From Octopus sinensis (Eukaryota): a stretch of 64,000 nucleotides of DNA. The position numbers were made by a program, and so were the translations under genes. Below the pieces are notes generated by a model. It had not been told where the DNA came from. It worked only from the letters and a program-made list of their open reading frames with translations, and did not search any database. Shown one piece after another: positions 1 to 12,999 of the stretch (within the stretch, counting starts at the first letter, position 1; each line of letters begins with the position of its first letter). The stretch spans positions 17,298,001 through 17,362,000 of the forward strand of contig NC_043015.1 of assembly GCF_006345805.1 (NCBI RefSeq). The letters are read 5' to 3'.

Positions 1-7
1 GACTCAC

Positions 8-117
8 CATAGCAAGCATTCAAAATTTCTTTATCATGGACGGCAACACATTGACGATTTAAAGGCTGGCGCAAATATTTTAGCTTCATGTAAGAGAGAA
101 TTCCTAAACACCCGCTC
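8..117 (-). CDS. Candidate isolated coding exon of an unidentified host gene
   Basis: Minus strand reads tttacAG|110 nt|GTGAGT. One frame is open (SGCLGILSYMKLKYLRQPLNRQCVAVHDKEILNACY) and the other two contain stops. The polypyrimidine tract is weak and no homolog was recognised. Confidence 0.35.
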
Positions 118-226
118 CTGTAAATTTTAAACCCCTTCCAACCCCATTTCAGAATTATAATATAGAGATGATGATATGTGCGCATATGTGTTTGTGTGTG
201 TGTGCGCGTGTATGTACATATATATG

Positions 227-279
<53 letters not shown>

Positions 280-799
280 GCATGCGTGTGGGGAAGAGAA
301 AAAGGAGAAGGAAGAAGCAACAGAAGATAGATATGAAATGATTTGTAAACAATCACAGTGATAAACATCATTAGAAGAGAAACATTAGACACCAAATGAC
401 ACTCTTCATGATGAATTATCATACACGCACTCTCTCTTTCTCTTTCTCTCTCTCTCTCTCTCACGCACACAGAGGAACTCCTTCCCTCTCCTCTCTGTGC
501 TCTCCTCTCTTTCATTCCTCCATGGCGCCTTTTCACTTGTGCAGAAAAAAACCCTTTATCACTGAGGCAACTATTCAAATTCTTGCAAATTTTAATACAT
601 AACATTTTCATATTGAAGCATTTATCAATCAGATTACTGAATTAGGTGGAGTAGGGGTGAAAATGTTGGTATTTAGTTACATCCCTTTACATTCTAAGTT
701 TAAATGCCATCAAATCAATATTTTTTTCATGCATTTCTCTTTTATGCTTAGTTGATAACTAAATACTGGATTTGATGTAATCAACTATTTCCTTCACCA

Positions 800-935
800 A
801 GTACTTATTCTTTGTAAGCCTAGTACTTATTCTATTGGACTTTTTGTCGAATCGCTAGTTGCGTGGACATAAACACATCAGCATGGGTTGTCAAACGATG
901 GCGGGGGTACAAACATAGACACAAAGACATACGCA
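800..935 (-). mobile_element. tRNA-derived octopus SINE (OK-like), 3' half
   Basis: Matches the reverse complement of the 3' half of the full-length copies at 24503-24905 and 62852-63240. Confidence 0.75.
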
Positions 936-939
936 CGTA

Positions 940-977
<38 letters not shown>

Positions 978-2004
978 AAACTGAGAATGTGTGTCTGTCT
1001 GTGTGTTTCCCTAAAACTTGAGAACTACACAACCAACTTCATTCAAATTTTACACATGCCTTACTCAAGGTCCGGGGAGTGTCATCGGCGAAAAAATCTT
1101 AACTTTTTCCCTAGGGCGACCCCACAGCAATATCATATCTTCCCCACTATTTCAGTATTACGTGTTAAAAGTGAAACAAAAACATCTCTCTTTTGTAATG
1201 CAGACACTTTCATTTTAATACTGAAACTATTAAAGTGAAAGTATTATATAACAGGGATGAACCATTAACAAGTGGTCATCCATTTTGCTAGAAGAAGATC
1301 CGCTATGGTCTTATATGCTACACCACTGGTTTTCAATTTATATTAATCAAATTAATATTCAATTTTTCACTCTTATTATGTGTGTATGTATTAGCAATTC
1401 GTATAAAATTGCATCAATGACTTGAACTTGAATAAGTGGTTTCACATAAATGGGGATAAATTAAAAAGGTTTGTTGTTATTATTATTACTGTTTGACTAT
1501 TGTAATCACGTTTGTTGGTTCCTCGTCAGGGAAACGTTGTTGTGTTGCATTTGTTAAATAATTATAAACCGTAACCCTCCCCCTTTCGGAGAAGGGGCTT
1601 TGGTTATTGTTTAAAAATTGAATTATGTTCCTGTTTGGGGAAATTGACAATATTTTCACCGTGTTTACGGAAGCATTTTTGTTAATATGCCTTCGATAGA
1701 AGAAAGTCCAAAAATGAATTTTGCTGCTGCCGTACACTTCTATACAAGAGGGAGGACAAGATCCAATTGATCGAAATTGCAAGAGACGGGTCTACAATTC
1801 CAGTCTGTTATATATTTTGAGTATTGTTATCACTAGCGATATCAAGATATAACTTTTTATTTTGTATTTTATGTGTAGATGTATATATATATATAGATGC
1901 ACATGTAATATGTACACATATATATATACACATATATACATGCATAATATATCTACCCATACACACATACGCACGCACACACACACACACACACACACAT
2001 ACAT

Positions 2005-2140
2005 AGGGGCAGGTGTGGCTGTGTGGTAACAAACTACGTTCCAAACACATGGTCCTGGGTTCAGTCCCACTGTGTGGTGACTTGCATGTGTCTTCTGCTG
2101 TAGCCTCAGACCAACAAAAGCCTTCTCAGTGGATTTTGTA
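2005..2140 (+). mobile_element. OK-like SINE 5' half inserted in the Helitron
   Basis: A-box tggctgtgtgg and B-box gggttcagtccc, followed by the family body. Confidence 0.75.
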
Positions 2141-2259
2141 CATATATACAGGCATACACACACATATATATACATGCATACGTAGATATTCGGCATAAAA
2201 ACTCTACCACTACAACTAATAAATGTTGGGAATACTTTCAAACCTGCCTTACATTCGAA

Positions 2260-4520
2260 CCGGAGTCTCAATGCCCGAGTTTTCCATCTCAAGTTAATCT
2301 CTCTCATGGAGCTCATACAAAAAGCGCAAGTCTTTGGACCCATACAATGTGACATGTACACAATCAAGCGGCAAAAAGGGGCCTTCCACATGCTCATATC
2401 CTGCTTTGGCTCTCAGCGAAGATCAATTCCAATGACGTCGACAAGATAATCTCTACAGAGCTTCCTGTAGACAAAGAACTATACGAAATAGTTAAAGCAA
2501 ACATGGTACATGGTCCATGTGGGCGTGGATTCAACATAAACACACCATGCTTGAAGGACAGCATAAGTTCAAAAAGATTTCCAAGGAGGTTCCTACAAGA
2601 AACTCAGACAGGTGCTGACGGGTATCCATCATACAGACGCAGAAAACCAGAAGACGGAGGTTTCACGGCAACTATCGGACAGCACGATATTGATAATAGA
2701 TGGATTGTTCCATACTGCCCACTCCTGTCAAATACTTTCAATGCCCACATTAACGTTGAGTTTTGCAACTCCGTTAAATCCATCAAGTACGTTTGCAAAT
2801 ATGTAAACAAGGGTTCTGACGCTGCAATGTTTGGACTTCAACAAGAATACTGCCAGGATGAGGTGACGCATTATCAGGTGGGACGGTACATAAGTAGCAA
2901 CGAGGCTTTCTGGTGCATCTTTGGCTTTCCAATTCACCAACGACACCCCGCCATTAAACAGCTTGCAGCGCACCTGGAAAATGGTCAAAGAGTGTACTTC
3001 ACCGATGCTAATGCTTCTCTGTTGGCAGAGGAACCAAGGGATAGCACACTCACTGCATTCTTCAAGCCTTGTCAAGTGGATCCATTCGCTCCAACCTTGC
3101 TGTATCCACAGATTCCATCGTACTACACTTGGATTAGAAAAAAATGGGCCCCACGGAAAGCAGGTCAAAATGTTCATGGATACCCTGGCATTAAGTTTCA
3201 CACTTGCCTTGGGCAAGTATACACAGTGCATCCCACTCAACAAGAGTGCTTCTACCTTCGTCTACTACTGCATGAGGTCAGAGGGCCAACGTCTTTCCAG
3301 GTCCTAAAAACCGTTCATGGACATGTCTGCACAACATACAGAGAAGCCTGCTATCGACAAGGTCTGTTAGAAGATGGTGCACAATGGGATGCAACTTTAG
3401 GAGAGGCTGCTTTATCACAATCACCTAAAAGTCTCAGGGCACTATTTGCAGTATTACTACAGGCATGCGAACTGTGTGATCCGGCCACTCTATGGCTCAA
3501 ATATAGAGACTTTCAGCGCCAAGCTCAACTGCTCTATCCTGACATGGAGGGTATCAGCAATGAAATCTATAACAAAACACTCATTGACATTAAAGACAGA
3601 ATTGCTAAACTGGGTGGAAATGAATTGTCGACGTATGACTGGCCTGCCACAAGCATTCAGGTCAGGGTTAAATAGCCTTCCCACTGCTGTCATTCGTGAA
3701 ACAACCTACGACACTCAAGCGCTTTCAAAGTACATTGTTGAAAATGAGCCTAAATTACTTCCGGACCAGCTGCAGGCCTACAGAACTATTCTTAACAGTG
3801 TACGCCAACGCAAGGGACGAATCTTCTTCCTCGATGCTCCCGGAGGGACAGGAAAAACATTTATTACAAAGCTTCTCCTTGTAGAAGTTAGGCAGCATCA
3901 GGACATTGCAGTAGCTGTAGCCTCCTCTGGCATTGCAGCTACTTTGTTACCCGGTGGCAAGACAGCACACTCAACATTTAAAACCCCTCTCAATTTAGCA
4001 GCATCCGAAATGCCTTCGTGCAACATCAACAAAAGCTCAGATCAGGGACAAGTACTTAAAATGTGTCATCTAATTGTCTGGGATGAGTGCACTATGACTC
4101 ACAAGGGAGCTTTGGAAGACATCCGAGATTATCAGGCTCCAATGGGAGGTGTAACGCTTCTGTTGTCAGGTGATTTCAGGCAAACTCTTCCTGTCATTCC
4201 GAAAAGCATTAGAGCAGATGAAGTCCAAGCATGCCTAAAGTCCTCTACCCTGTGGCATCATGTTACAATCTTCTGTCTCACCACTAACATGAGAGCTCAG
4301 CTACACGGCGACAAAATGTCCACAAAGTTTGCACAGCACATTTTGACACTTGGTGAAGGCAAGATGCCTCTCGATGCTGCAGGACAAATGGAAGTGTGGT
4401 CATTTTCCTCTGTTGTTAATTCTGTAGATGACCTCAAAAAAAAAGTATTTCCCAACTTCACACAAAACTACCAAAATCACAATTGGCTGTGTGAAAGAGC
4501 AATATTAGCTCCAAAACAAA
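2260..4520 (+). pseudogene. Helitron RepHel (HUH Rep + Pif1 helicase), frameshifted
   Basis: Rep motifs QK(R)GLPHAHILLW (1-nt deletion near 2378), MVHGPCG, YPSYRRR, DNRWIVPY and KYVCKYVNKG. Helicase motifs DAPGGTGKTF, WDECTM and GGVTLLLSGDFRQTLPVI. ORFs 2503-3675 and 3446-4558. Confidence 0.93.
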
Positions 4521-4612
4521 AACATTTCTCTATTTTATGTCAGATACTTTCACTTTAACAATAAAAATTAGAGATAATAATAAAAATTGAATTATATGTG
4601 GTAAGTAATAAT

Positions 4613-5036
4613 TAAAATCAAACTAAAGTATAATATAATCGTAACATAACAAAAGTAAAAATAGCAATTGGTATAAAATTGCACCAATGACTTGAACTTG
4701 AATAAGTGATTTCACATGAATGGGAATAAATTGAAAATAAAATTAGCGTGCAGAAATGGAATAGTCCAGATGGAGGTGTGCACATACCGTTTACTACGGC
4801 TCTTACGTTAGATTATCTGTTAATTACCTAGCATTAAATATCTATATGAAGTTTGGCTGTATGTAATGTCTTTCTCCATCTGGACTATTCCATTTCTGCA
4901 CGCTAATTTTATTTTCAATTTATTCCCATTCATGTGAAACCACTTATTCAAGTTCAAGTCATTGGTGCAATTTTATATCAGTTGCTATTTTTACTTTTGT
5001 TATGTTACGATTATATTATACTTTAGTTTGATTTTA
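4613..5036. repeat. Inverted repeat, arms of about 163 bp (4613-4775 and 4874-5036)
   Basis: Arms are near-perfect reverse complements, e.g. gcgtgcagaaatggaatagtccagatggag / ctccatctggactattccatttctgcacgc. Confidence 0.9.
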
Positions 5037-5310
5037 CGACAAGATACAATTGATCGAAATTGCAAGAGACGGGCCTACAATTCCAGTCTGTTATATATTT
5101 TGAGTATTGTTATCACTAGCGATATCAAGATATAACTTTGTATTTTGTATTTTATGTGTAGATGCATATATATAGATGTACATGTAATATGTACACATAT
5201 GTATACACATATATACATGCACTAGCACTATCACCCGGCAACGACGGGTGATAATGCTAGTATATAATAAAAAAGAGTGAAAAACACACCAACTCTCTCA
5301 CCTATATATA

Positions 5311-8300
5311 GACTGCCCGCTTCAATGGGTGTTTGGAGCTAGGACAAAATCTGAAAAGCAGACTGAAAACGCTGCACCAGCAAACAAAGGAAAAACAAAC
5401 ACCCAGTCACCAGTCTTGCGACTGGCCACCTGGAATGTCAGGACCATGTGCCCTGGCATCATTGACGATCTACGACAGATGAACGACAGTAGGAAGACAG
5501 CAGTCATCAACACCGAATTGAAAAGGCTGAACATCGACATAGCGGCGCTGCAAGAGACCAGGCTCGCCGCAGACGGCATGCTACGGGAGAAGGATTACAC
5601 CTTCTACTGGCAGGGGAGACCCGTCGAGGAGGCCCGCCATCATGGCGTGGGGTTTGCCGTGAGGAAAGCTTGCTCCCCATGGTGATCCCTCCTTCAAATG
5701 GCTCAGAGCGCATCCTCACTCTTAACCTTGCAACATCAACGGGGAAGGCAAACATAATTAGTGCTTATGCCCCAACACTCCACTCTCCTCAGGAAATAAA
5801 AGACCGGTTCTATGAGGAGCTCGACGCCACCATCAGCCAGATACCAGGGCCAGAGCCCATCTTCCTTCTGGGTGACTTCAACGCAAGGGGCATGGCCAGA
5901 TTGCCTTGGACGCTTTGGCGTGGGGAAGGTGAATGAGAATGGCCAGAGACTGTTGGAGCTTTGCTCTTACCGGAAACTGCGTTTCCAACACATTCTTCAT
6001 GACTAAGCCGCATCACCAGGTCTCATGGAGGCACCCAAGGTCCGGACACTGGCACCAACTGGACATGGTCATCACCCGGCGAGCCCACCTCGGCAGTGTG
6101 CTTCTCACACGCAGCTACCATGGTGCTGACTGTGATACAGACTACTCTTTGGTGTGCAGCAGGGTCCGATTGGCCCCAAAGAAAATCAACCGTCCCGTAG
6201 GGAAAAGCCGCCCACGCATCAACACCGCCAGGACAACCAATCCCGACCTCCGCTCGGAATTCACCAACCGCATGGAGGAGGCCCTTAAAGATCACGCAGC
6301 CACGTCCATCGAGGAGAGATGGCAGATTATTCGCCACACCACTTGCAGAATAGCCATGTCATCCCTAGGAAAGAGGGAGCGGAGAAATCAAGACTGGTTT
6401 GAAGCTCGCCTGCCTGAGATGGAGCCTGTCATTGCTGCCAAGAGGGAAGCACTGGTCAACTATAAGCGCGACCCATCAGAAAAGAACCTGGCTACTCTGA
6501 GAACAGCCAGAAGCGACGCCTAGAGGACGGCCAGACGTTGCGCCAACATCTACTGGCAGAACTTATGCCAGAACATCCAGTGCTGTGCTGACAGTGGTAA
6601 CGTGAAAGGGATGTACGAGGGGATGAAGAAAGCATTCGGGCCCACTGTCAGAAAGGTTGCTCCACTGAAGTCCAGAGATGGCGAGGTCATCAAGGACCAA
6701 GCGAAGCAGATGGAGAGGTGGGTCGAGCATTACCAGAACCTCTACTCCACTGAGAATGTGGTCACCAGGTCTGCCCTCGCCGGCATTCCTGCTCTGCCTG
6801 TCATGGAGGAGCTTGACCTGCCTCCAACAAAGGAAGAACTGAGCAAAGCAATTCACTCACTCGCTCGGGGCAAGGCACCAGGGCAAGACGGTATCCCCGC
6901 AGAAGTCATCCAGTGCGGGAAGCCAGCCCTTCTGGGCCATCTCCACGAGCTGCTCTGTCAGTGCTGGGAGGAGGGCTCTGTCCCTAAGGATATGCGTGAC
7001 GCAAACATCATCACACTGTATAAAAACAAAGGGGACAGAAGCGACTGCAATAATTACAGGGGCATATCACTGCTCAGCACTGTCGGTAAGGCATTTGCCA
7101 GGGTGGTCCTGAAGAGGTTGCAAATACTTGCAGAGCGTGTGTACCCCGAGTCTCAGTCTGGCTTTAGGGCAGAGAGGTCTACAATTGACATGATCTTCTC
7201 ACTCAGGCAGCTTCAAGAAAAGAGTCGAGAACAGAGACAGCCCCTATACGTGGCCTTCATCGACCTGGCTAAGGCGTTCGACTCAGTCAGCAGGGAGGGG
7301 CTGTTTGCGCTCCTGGGTAGGATAGGTTGCCCTCCCAGACTGCTGAAACTCATCACCTCCTTTCACGACGATATGCAGGGAACAGTGCAGTTTGACGGAT
7401 CGCCCTCGGAGTCATTCCCCATCCAGAGTGGAGTGAAACAGGGTTGCGTTCTGGCGCCGACGCTCTTCGGAATTTTCTTCTCCCTTGTCCTGTCCTATGC
7501 CTTCAGAACGTCCGACGACGGAGTGTTCCTCCACACCAGGGCTGATGGATTGTTCAATCTTGCGCGCCTCAGAGCTAAGACCAAAGTCCGTCAGGTGCTG
7601 ATCAGAGAGATCCTCTTTGCTGACGATGCCGCCCTAACATCACACAACCAACCGGGTCTCCAGAGGCTGGTCAGCTCCCTGGCGGATGCCTGCCAAGAGT
7701 TCGGCCTTACCATCAGCCTGAAAAAGACAGAGATCATGGGCCAGGACGTCGGAGGGGTCCCCAACATCAGTGTCCGCGACCACAGCTTGCAGTAGGTGAA
7801 CGAGTTCACTTACCTGGGATCGACGGTCTCCAGCAGCCTGTCCCTCGAGCCGGAGCTGAACAGACGGATTGGGAAGGCTGCTGCTGCCATGGCTAAGCTC
7901 TCCAGGAGAGTGTGGGAAAACAACATGCTCACAATAACCACCAAGATCTCAGTGTACCGAGCCTGCGTGCTGAGCACCCTACTCTACGGCAGCGAGAGCT
8001 GGACAACATACACCCGGCAGGAATGCCGCCTCAGCGGCTTCCACATGCGGTGTCTTCGACGGATCCTTGGCATCTCCTGGAAGGACCGAGTACCAAACCG
8101 AGTCATCCTGGAACAGACTAATATGCCAAACATGTATGCCCTCCTCGTGCGGAGACGACTGCGCTGGCTCGGACACGTCTGCCGCATGCAGGACGGTCGC
8201 ATGCCTAAAGACATCCTGTACAGCGAACTCACCACGGGATCCCGACCCAAGGGACGTCCACAGCTACGATACAGGGACGTGTGCAAGCGCGACCTGAGGA

Positions 8301-8600
8301 CTGCCCACATCTGTGTGGACACGTGGGAGGAAACAGCTGCTGACCGCTCTGCCTGGCGTCGGACGGTGAGGAAAGGCGTTTCCATGGCTGAGGAGAGGAG
8401 AGCACAGCTGTGGTTGGACAGGCGGGACAGGAGGAGGACAACTGCAGCAACACCCCACACGTACCCATCGATGTTCGTGTGCAGCAAATGTACCAAGGAC
8501 TGCCACTCTAGAATTGGACTGTTCAGTCACAGCAGACGCTGCACATCATTAAAGTAGGCCCCACCCTTGGCGCAACCCATTGTCTATCAAGACAGACGGG
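5311..8600 (+). mobile_element. RTE-clade LINE, near full length (APE + RT + C-terminal Cys/His motif)
   Basis: APE motifs LATWNVRTM, DIAALQETRL, LLGDFNA and DTDYSLV. RT motifs SQSGFRAERSTIDMIF, FIDLAKAFDSV, GVKQGCVLAPTLF and LFADDAAL. C-terminus CSKCTKDCHSRIGLFSHSRRC. 3' UTR ccattgtctatcaagacagacgg. Two frameshifts (about 5680 and 5900) and two in-frame TAG stops (6521, 7793). Confidence 0.95.
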
Positions 8601-8689
8601 GTAAAAAAAAATATATATATATATTTATATATATACATATATATATGTATAATTTTACCCTTATAGGCTATCTTTTACTGGAAAGTAAT

Positions 8690-9057
8690 ACATTCGTATT
8701 GCATTATTATTTCATTGAAACTTCTTCACTGTTCTCGTTCTGTCAACGTTTTGGCGTTCAGACGAGTATACAGGTATTGATGCGGCAACATTTGAAATCT
8801 TGTCTAGGTAAATGCAGCTGATGAAGACTAATCAAATTTACTTTGTCAAACGTATTTGAAGAGTCAGAAACCGGCCCTGCATTATCCGATTCTAGGTTGT
8901 CCATTTATCAGATGTTCTTCCTCGAGGTAAGACAAATTTTTTTCATGTTTGTTTCACACACGCGTCTTTGCTAGTATATTACGCAGTGAAGCTATACAAT
9001 AGCGTCGTATTTATTACGATTGCTATTTTCCAGTAAATATTGGTGCCTTGTTGTACC

Positions 9058-9058
<1 letters not shown>
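8690..9058 (+). mobile_element. PLE pseudo-LTR-like fragment
   Basis: Degenerate HHR-like ctgatga-agac...gtc-aaacgta (8818-8865) and a gag|gtaagac splice-donor-like site. 8905-9055 is homologous to the reverse complement of 33750-33900. Confidence 0.4.
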
Positions 9059-9120
<62 letters not shown>

Positions 9121-9127
9121 GATATAT

Positions 9128-9290
9128 ATGACGGTTTCTTTCAGATTCCGTCTACCAAATCTACTCGCAAGGCTTTGGTCGGCCCGAGGCTATAGTAGAA
9201 GAAAATTGCTCAAGATGCCACGGAGTGGGATTGAACCCAGAACCTTGTGGCTGGGAAGCAAGCTTCTTACCACACAACCACGAATTGTGA
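9128..9290 (-). mobile_element. OK-like SINE 5' half
   Basis: Reverse complement of the SINE head with A and B boxes (ggttcaatccc). Confidence 0.75.
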
Positions 9291-9332
9291 GTGTGTGTGT
9301 GTGTGGTAAATGAAAGAAGGAAGATGGTATAC

Positions 9333-9364
<32 letters not shown>

Positions 9365-9482
9365 ATGTGTGTGTATGTGTGTGTTTGTGTGTGTGTATGT
9401 ATGTATGTATGTACGTATGTATGTATATTGACTCTTTTACTTGTTTCAGTCATTAGACTGCGCCCATGCTGGGGCATATATG

Positions 9483-10310
9483 TACGACGTCTGATCAATA
9501 AGTATCCGGAATATTGCCATAGTAATGAAGCTAAAATACGCAGAGTGAAGTCACTTGGCAAAGATTGACCTTGACTCCTGTGCATGCGAACTAAGTTTTA
9601 ACGTACTAGCTCACGTCTGCTGTTTACTGCAGTGCTTGGTAGGAGGTGTGTAGCGTGTGATCGTCGCATTGTCATGACACTTTCGTCATGACAATGCGGC
9701 GATCACACGCAAAGTTGCAGAAAGTGTATGGAGAGAAGTTTATGAGCCGCATACAAGTGTACGAGTGGTTCAGGCGTTTCCAAGTTGGCCGAAAAAAGTC
9801 GATATTGACGAACGTTCTGGGAGACCAGCAGAACTGAAAAAACATTGCAGATGTGCGTGCAGCTGTGAGGGGAAAATCGTTGAATCATCATCCGTGAGTA
9901 ATCAGAGGATGCGCAGATTAGTTACGGTTCACTTCAGTCCATTATCATTGAAGATTTGGGTATGAGACATGTGTCTGCCAAGTTTGTTTCAAAACTGCTT
10001 TCAAACTGCTGACCAAAAAGACACTCGGAATTCAGTTGCACAAAATCTCCTTGATTGTGTCCAGAACGATGAAAACTTTTTAAAAATTTTGTATAGACCA
10101 CTGAGCAGGTATCGCCAAGCTTTTGGCAAAATTTGATGCAGATTCTCTGTTCAACTTTCTCTGTCATGATGAATACGACGATCACATGTTACATACCTTC
10201 CTTCTAAGTACTGCTGTAAACAGTGGAATTGAGCTAGAACGTTAAAACTTAGTTCGCATGCACACCAGTGTTTAAGGTCAAGCCGTGCCAAGCGGCTTTA
10301 CTCTGCGTGA
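9483..10310. mobile_element. Mariner derivative made of two inverted left ends
   Basis: TIR ta|cgacgtctgatcaataagtatccgga. Plus-strand transposase N-terminus (VYEWFRRF, DERSGRP, LGMRHVSAKFV) at 9700-10085, then a minus-strand copy of the 5' end (EQRICIKFCQKLG) at 10094-10310. Confidence 0.75.
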
Positions 10311-10429
10311 CACAAGCAGCATTACCCTGATGTGACTCTAGCAACTCTGAATAAACTTTCTTCACTATTACCTACATAGGAGTCTATATCTGCTCTAGTT
10401 AACTCCACGCACTCTTCTACTGATATTAG

Positions 10430-10730
10430 TCCTCTTCCGCCTTCCTTTCTAGGTAAATATAATCTTGCTACTCCCAATGCACGAGACTTACCACCCTATT
10501 ATGTCTCAAGTTCCTATACACTTACTCCACTAGTTTTCTGAAATTATGTGTGCAACTGTTTCTTCTGTTTCACCGCACATCCTACATTTCCCGTCAATAT
10601 TTTCTTTGTCAATGACTTACCTGATATTTCTGATTTGCAATGCCTGCTCCTGTGCACCCATAATCATTCCTTCTGTCTCTCTCTTTAGTCCAATTTTCAT
10701 CAGCCAGTTCCAGCTCTTCCTTACTCAAAC
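10430..10730 (-). mobile_element. R4/Dong-like (RLE-type) LINE C-terminal fragment
   Basis: Minus translation SWNWLMKIGLKRETEGMIMGAQEQAL...CRMCGETEETVAHIIS...RHNRVVSLVHW, the CCHC knuckle region of R4-clade elements. Confidence 0.7.
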
Positions 10731-11029
10731 TCGTACGTAGCTCTACACATTTATACCCATACCAAAACACTAATTTTAGCATACCTCTGACAAAGATAAA
10801 CTAGGAAATACAAAGATACAAATAAGAAAAAACAACAAAAATAAATTAAGGAAAATAAAAAATTTTAGGGAAAAAGAAAAACATTTAAAGATAAGCATGT
10901 TATAAGAGGATAATCTAATAACTATTTGTCTCTTGCATCTGTTACAGCTTCACTTACAAAATGTCATACCATACATTATACTAAAATATAATATTTCAAT
11001 TACTATACAATGAGATACATTCTTCTTTA

Positions 11030-12620
11030 AACACTGATTTTAAAAAGACCTTCATTACGGAATCACTCAAGTTCATTCTGACAAACAATTATTTCCTCTT
11101 CGAAAACACACACTACCGTCAAAAATGTGGTATCGCGATGGGTACCAAAGCTGCACCAGCCCTTGCGAACCTCATAATGGGTTTCTTTATGAGATATCAC
11201 GCCAGAAATTTGGACACCTTTTCCACATCTAGTTAATGGAAAACTGGAAAAGATACCTAGATGATTGTTTCATCATATGGAAAGAATCTTATGAAAAACT
11301 TCTGGAATTCAAAACCACACTGAACAACATACATCCCAACATTCAATTCACTACGGAATTCATCAAACATCATCTCCCTTTCCTTGATCTCCTAATTATA
11401 AAAACACCTAACAACTAAATCACAACAGACATCTACCACAAACCTACAGACTCACAACAATGCCTTCTCTTCAGTTCATGCCACCCAAAACACACCAGGA
11501 TATATCCCCTTCAACTTAGCTAAAAGGATATGCACCATTGTCTCGGATCCAAAAACTCGAGATATACGCCTTCAAGACCTCAAAAAAAAAAACACTATTA
11601 CAACGCCAATATCCATCCGCACTCATAGACTATGGAATAAAACGACTCGACAATACTACACTGAAAAGAACTCGACAATAATGCACTGAAAACCACCCAA
11701 CACAGTAACACACCCAACCTCAAAATACTTCCATACATTTCCACCCACAACGCCCAAAATATTAAAGCATACACCACAATCATACAAAACTTCCCCTTAC
11801 TGTCCACAGACCCAAAAGTGAATAATATTATCAATACACATAAAATCCTTAAATGCAAAAGGCAACATAAATCTTTGAAAAAACTCTTAACAAATGCCAA
11901 ACTTCAAACACCACATCCACCCCCATCTTTTAAAAAATGTGCACGCCCTAACTGTGGTACCTGCCCCTTCCTACTTGAAGGCTCTGAATTTACTTTCAAA
12001 CAAGGAACAAAGTTTAAAATCAAGACCAGCTTCACCTGTTCCTCCGAGAACCTCATCTACGTTCTTACATGCGCCGGTTGCCAACACAATTATGTTGGAC
12101 AAACGAGCCTTCCTTTACGTAGAAGAGTAGCAGTCCATAAAGAACAGATAAATCTCCCACAATACCGTCAAATTCCACTCAGTAGCCACATAGACTCTTG
12201 CGCTAGAAATAAAAATCCCAAATTTCATATATTCCCTTTCTATCAATGTAAAGACAATCTCTACACAAGAAAGAATCAACTAGGAGAATCTTTTTATTGA
12301 AAAATTCCAAACGCTTCTTAATATGCAAACTCCACGGTGACCATATCCCTTTTTCTAGCATCCTGTCTGACAAAAAATTGATATAAGCATCCTGTTTGAC
12401 AAAAAATCCAGCATTCCAATTAAAGAGTATAAAATCCACAGAATTGTCTCCCCTTATTCACAGGAACTGGATAACTCCCACCCCATTTCCTGTTTTGACA
12501 CACAAACACCCAACTTTTTCAAACAAAACACTACACTTAAACACATGCATCCTAACCCTCTAAAGAAGTTTTTCCAAGGACTAATATTGAACTCTAAAAG
12601 CATAAAGACTCTACAATGTA
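11030..12620 (+). mobile_element. Penelope-like element, 5'-truncated and decayed (RT + GIY-YIG)
   Basis: YRQKCGIAMGTKAAPALANL, WKRYLDDCF, DIYHKPTDSQQ, CARPNCGTC and LTCAGCQHNYVGQT. Same family as 48425-50400. Confidence 0.88.
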
Positions 12621-12909
12621 TTGGTATATTTATTTATTAATTTTTGTATATATGCATTATTATTTTTTTGAAAAAAAAGCATTGTAAATTTCTTTTTTCC
12701 TCTTCCTCAATTTAAAAAAAAATATTTTCCCCCTTCCAAATCTTGAAAATTTGCCTTGCAATGAAAGCTGGTTTGATTTCTTTTTTCTTTTTAAACTTTT
12801 CATACACCCATTTTTATTAAAACGTACTTTCAATTTAGCATTCTGCCTTATTATTTTTTCTTCGCCTCTCATTTCTCCACGTGTGGTTAACACAACCCCA
12901 ACATTTATT

Positions 12910-12946
<37 letters not shown>

Positions 12947-12999
12947 GTATGTATGTATTATATATATGTGTGTATATATATATATATTCTTTTATCTTA

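Larger units (their letters stand above)
970..5260 (+). mobile_element. Helitron, decayed autonomous type
   Basis: The 5' end tatatataaaactgagaatgtgtgtctgtctg emerges from (TA)n. The 3' end has hairpin ATCACCCG-gcaacga-CGGGTGAT (5230-5252) followed by CTAG|T at 5257-5261. An internal RepHel coding remnant is present. Confidence 0.9.

Noticed and set aside
8-117. GPCR/opsin assignment for the candidate exon (KYLRQPLN resembling KxLRTPxN)
   Set aside because: The downstream TM2 LAxxD motif and spacing are absent and the segment is not hydrophobic.
7984-8496. Antisense ORFs over the LINEs and PLEs (also 19431-20024, 54278-54703)
   Set aside because: They are shadow ORFs of GC-rich TE coding strands with no independent motifs.
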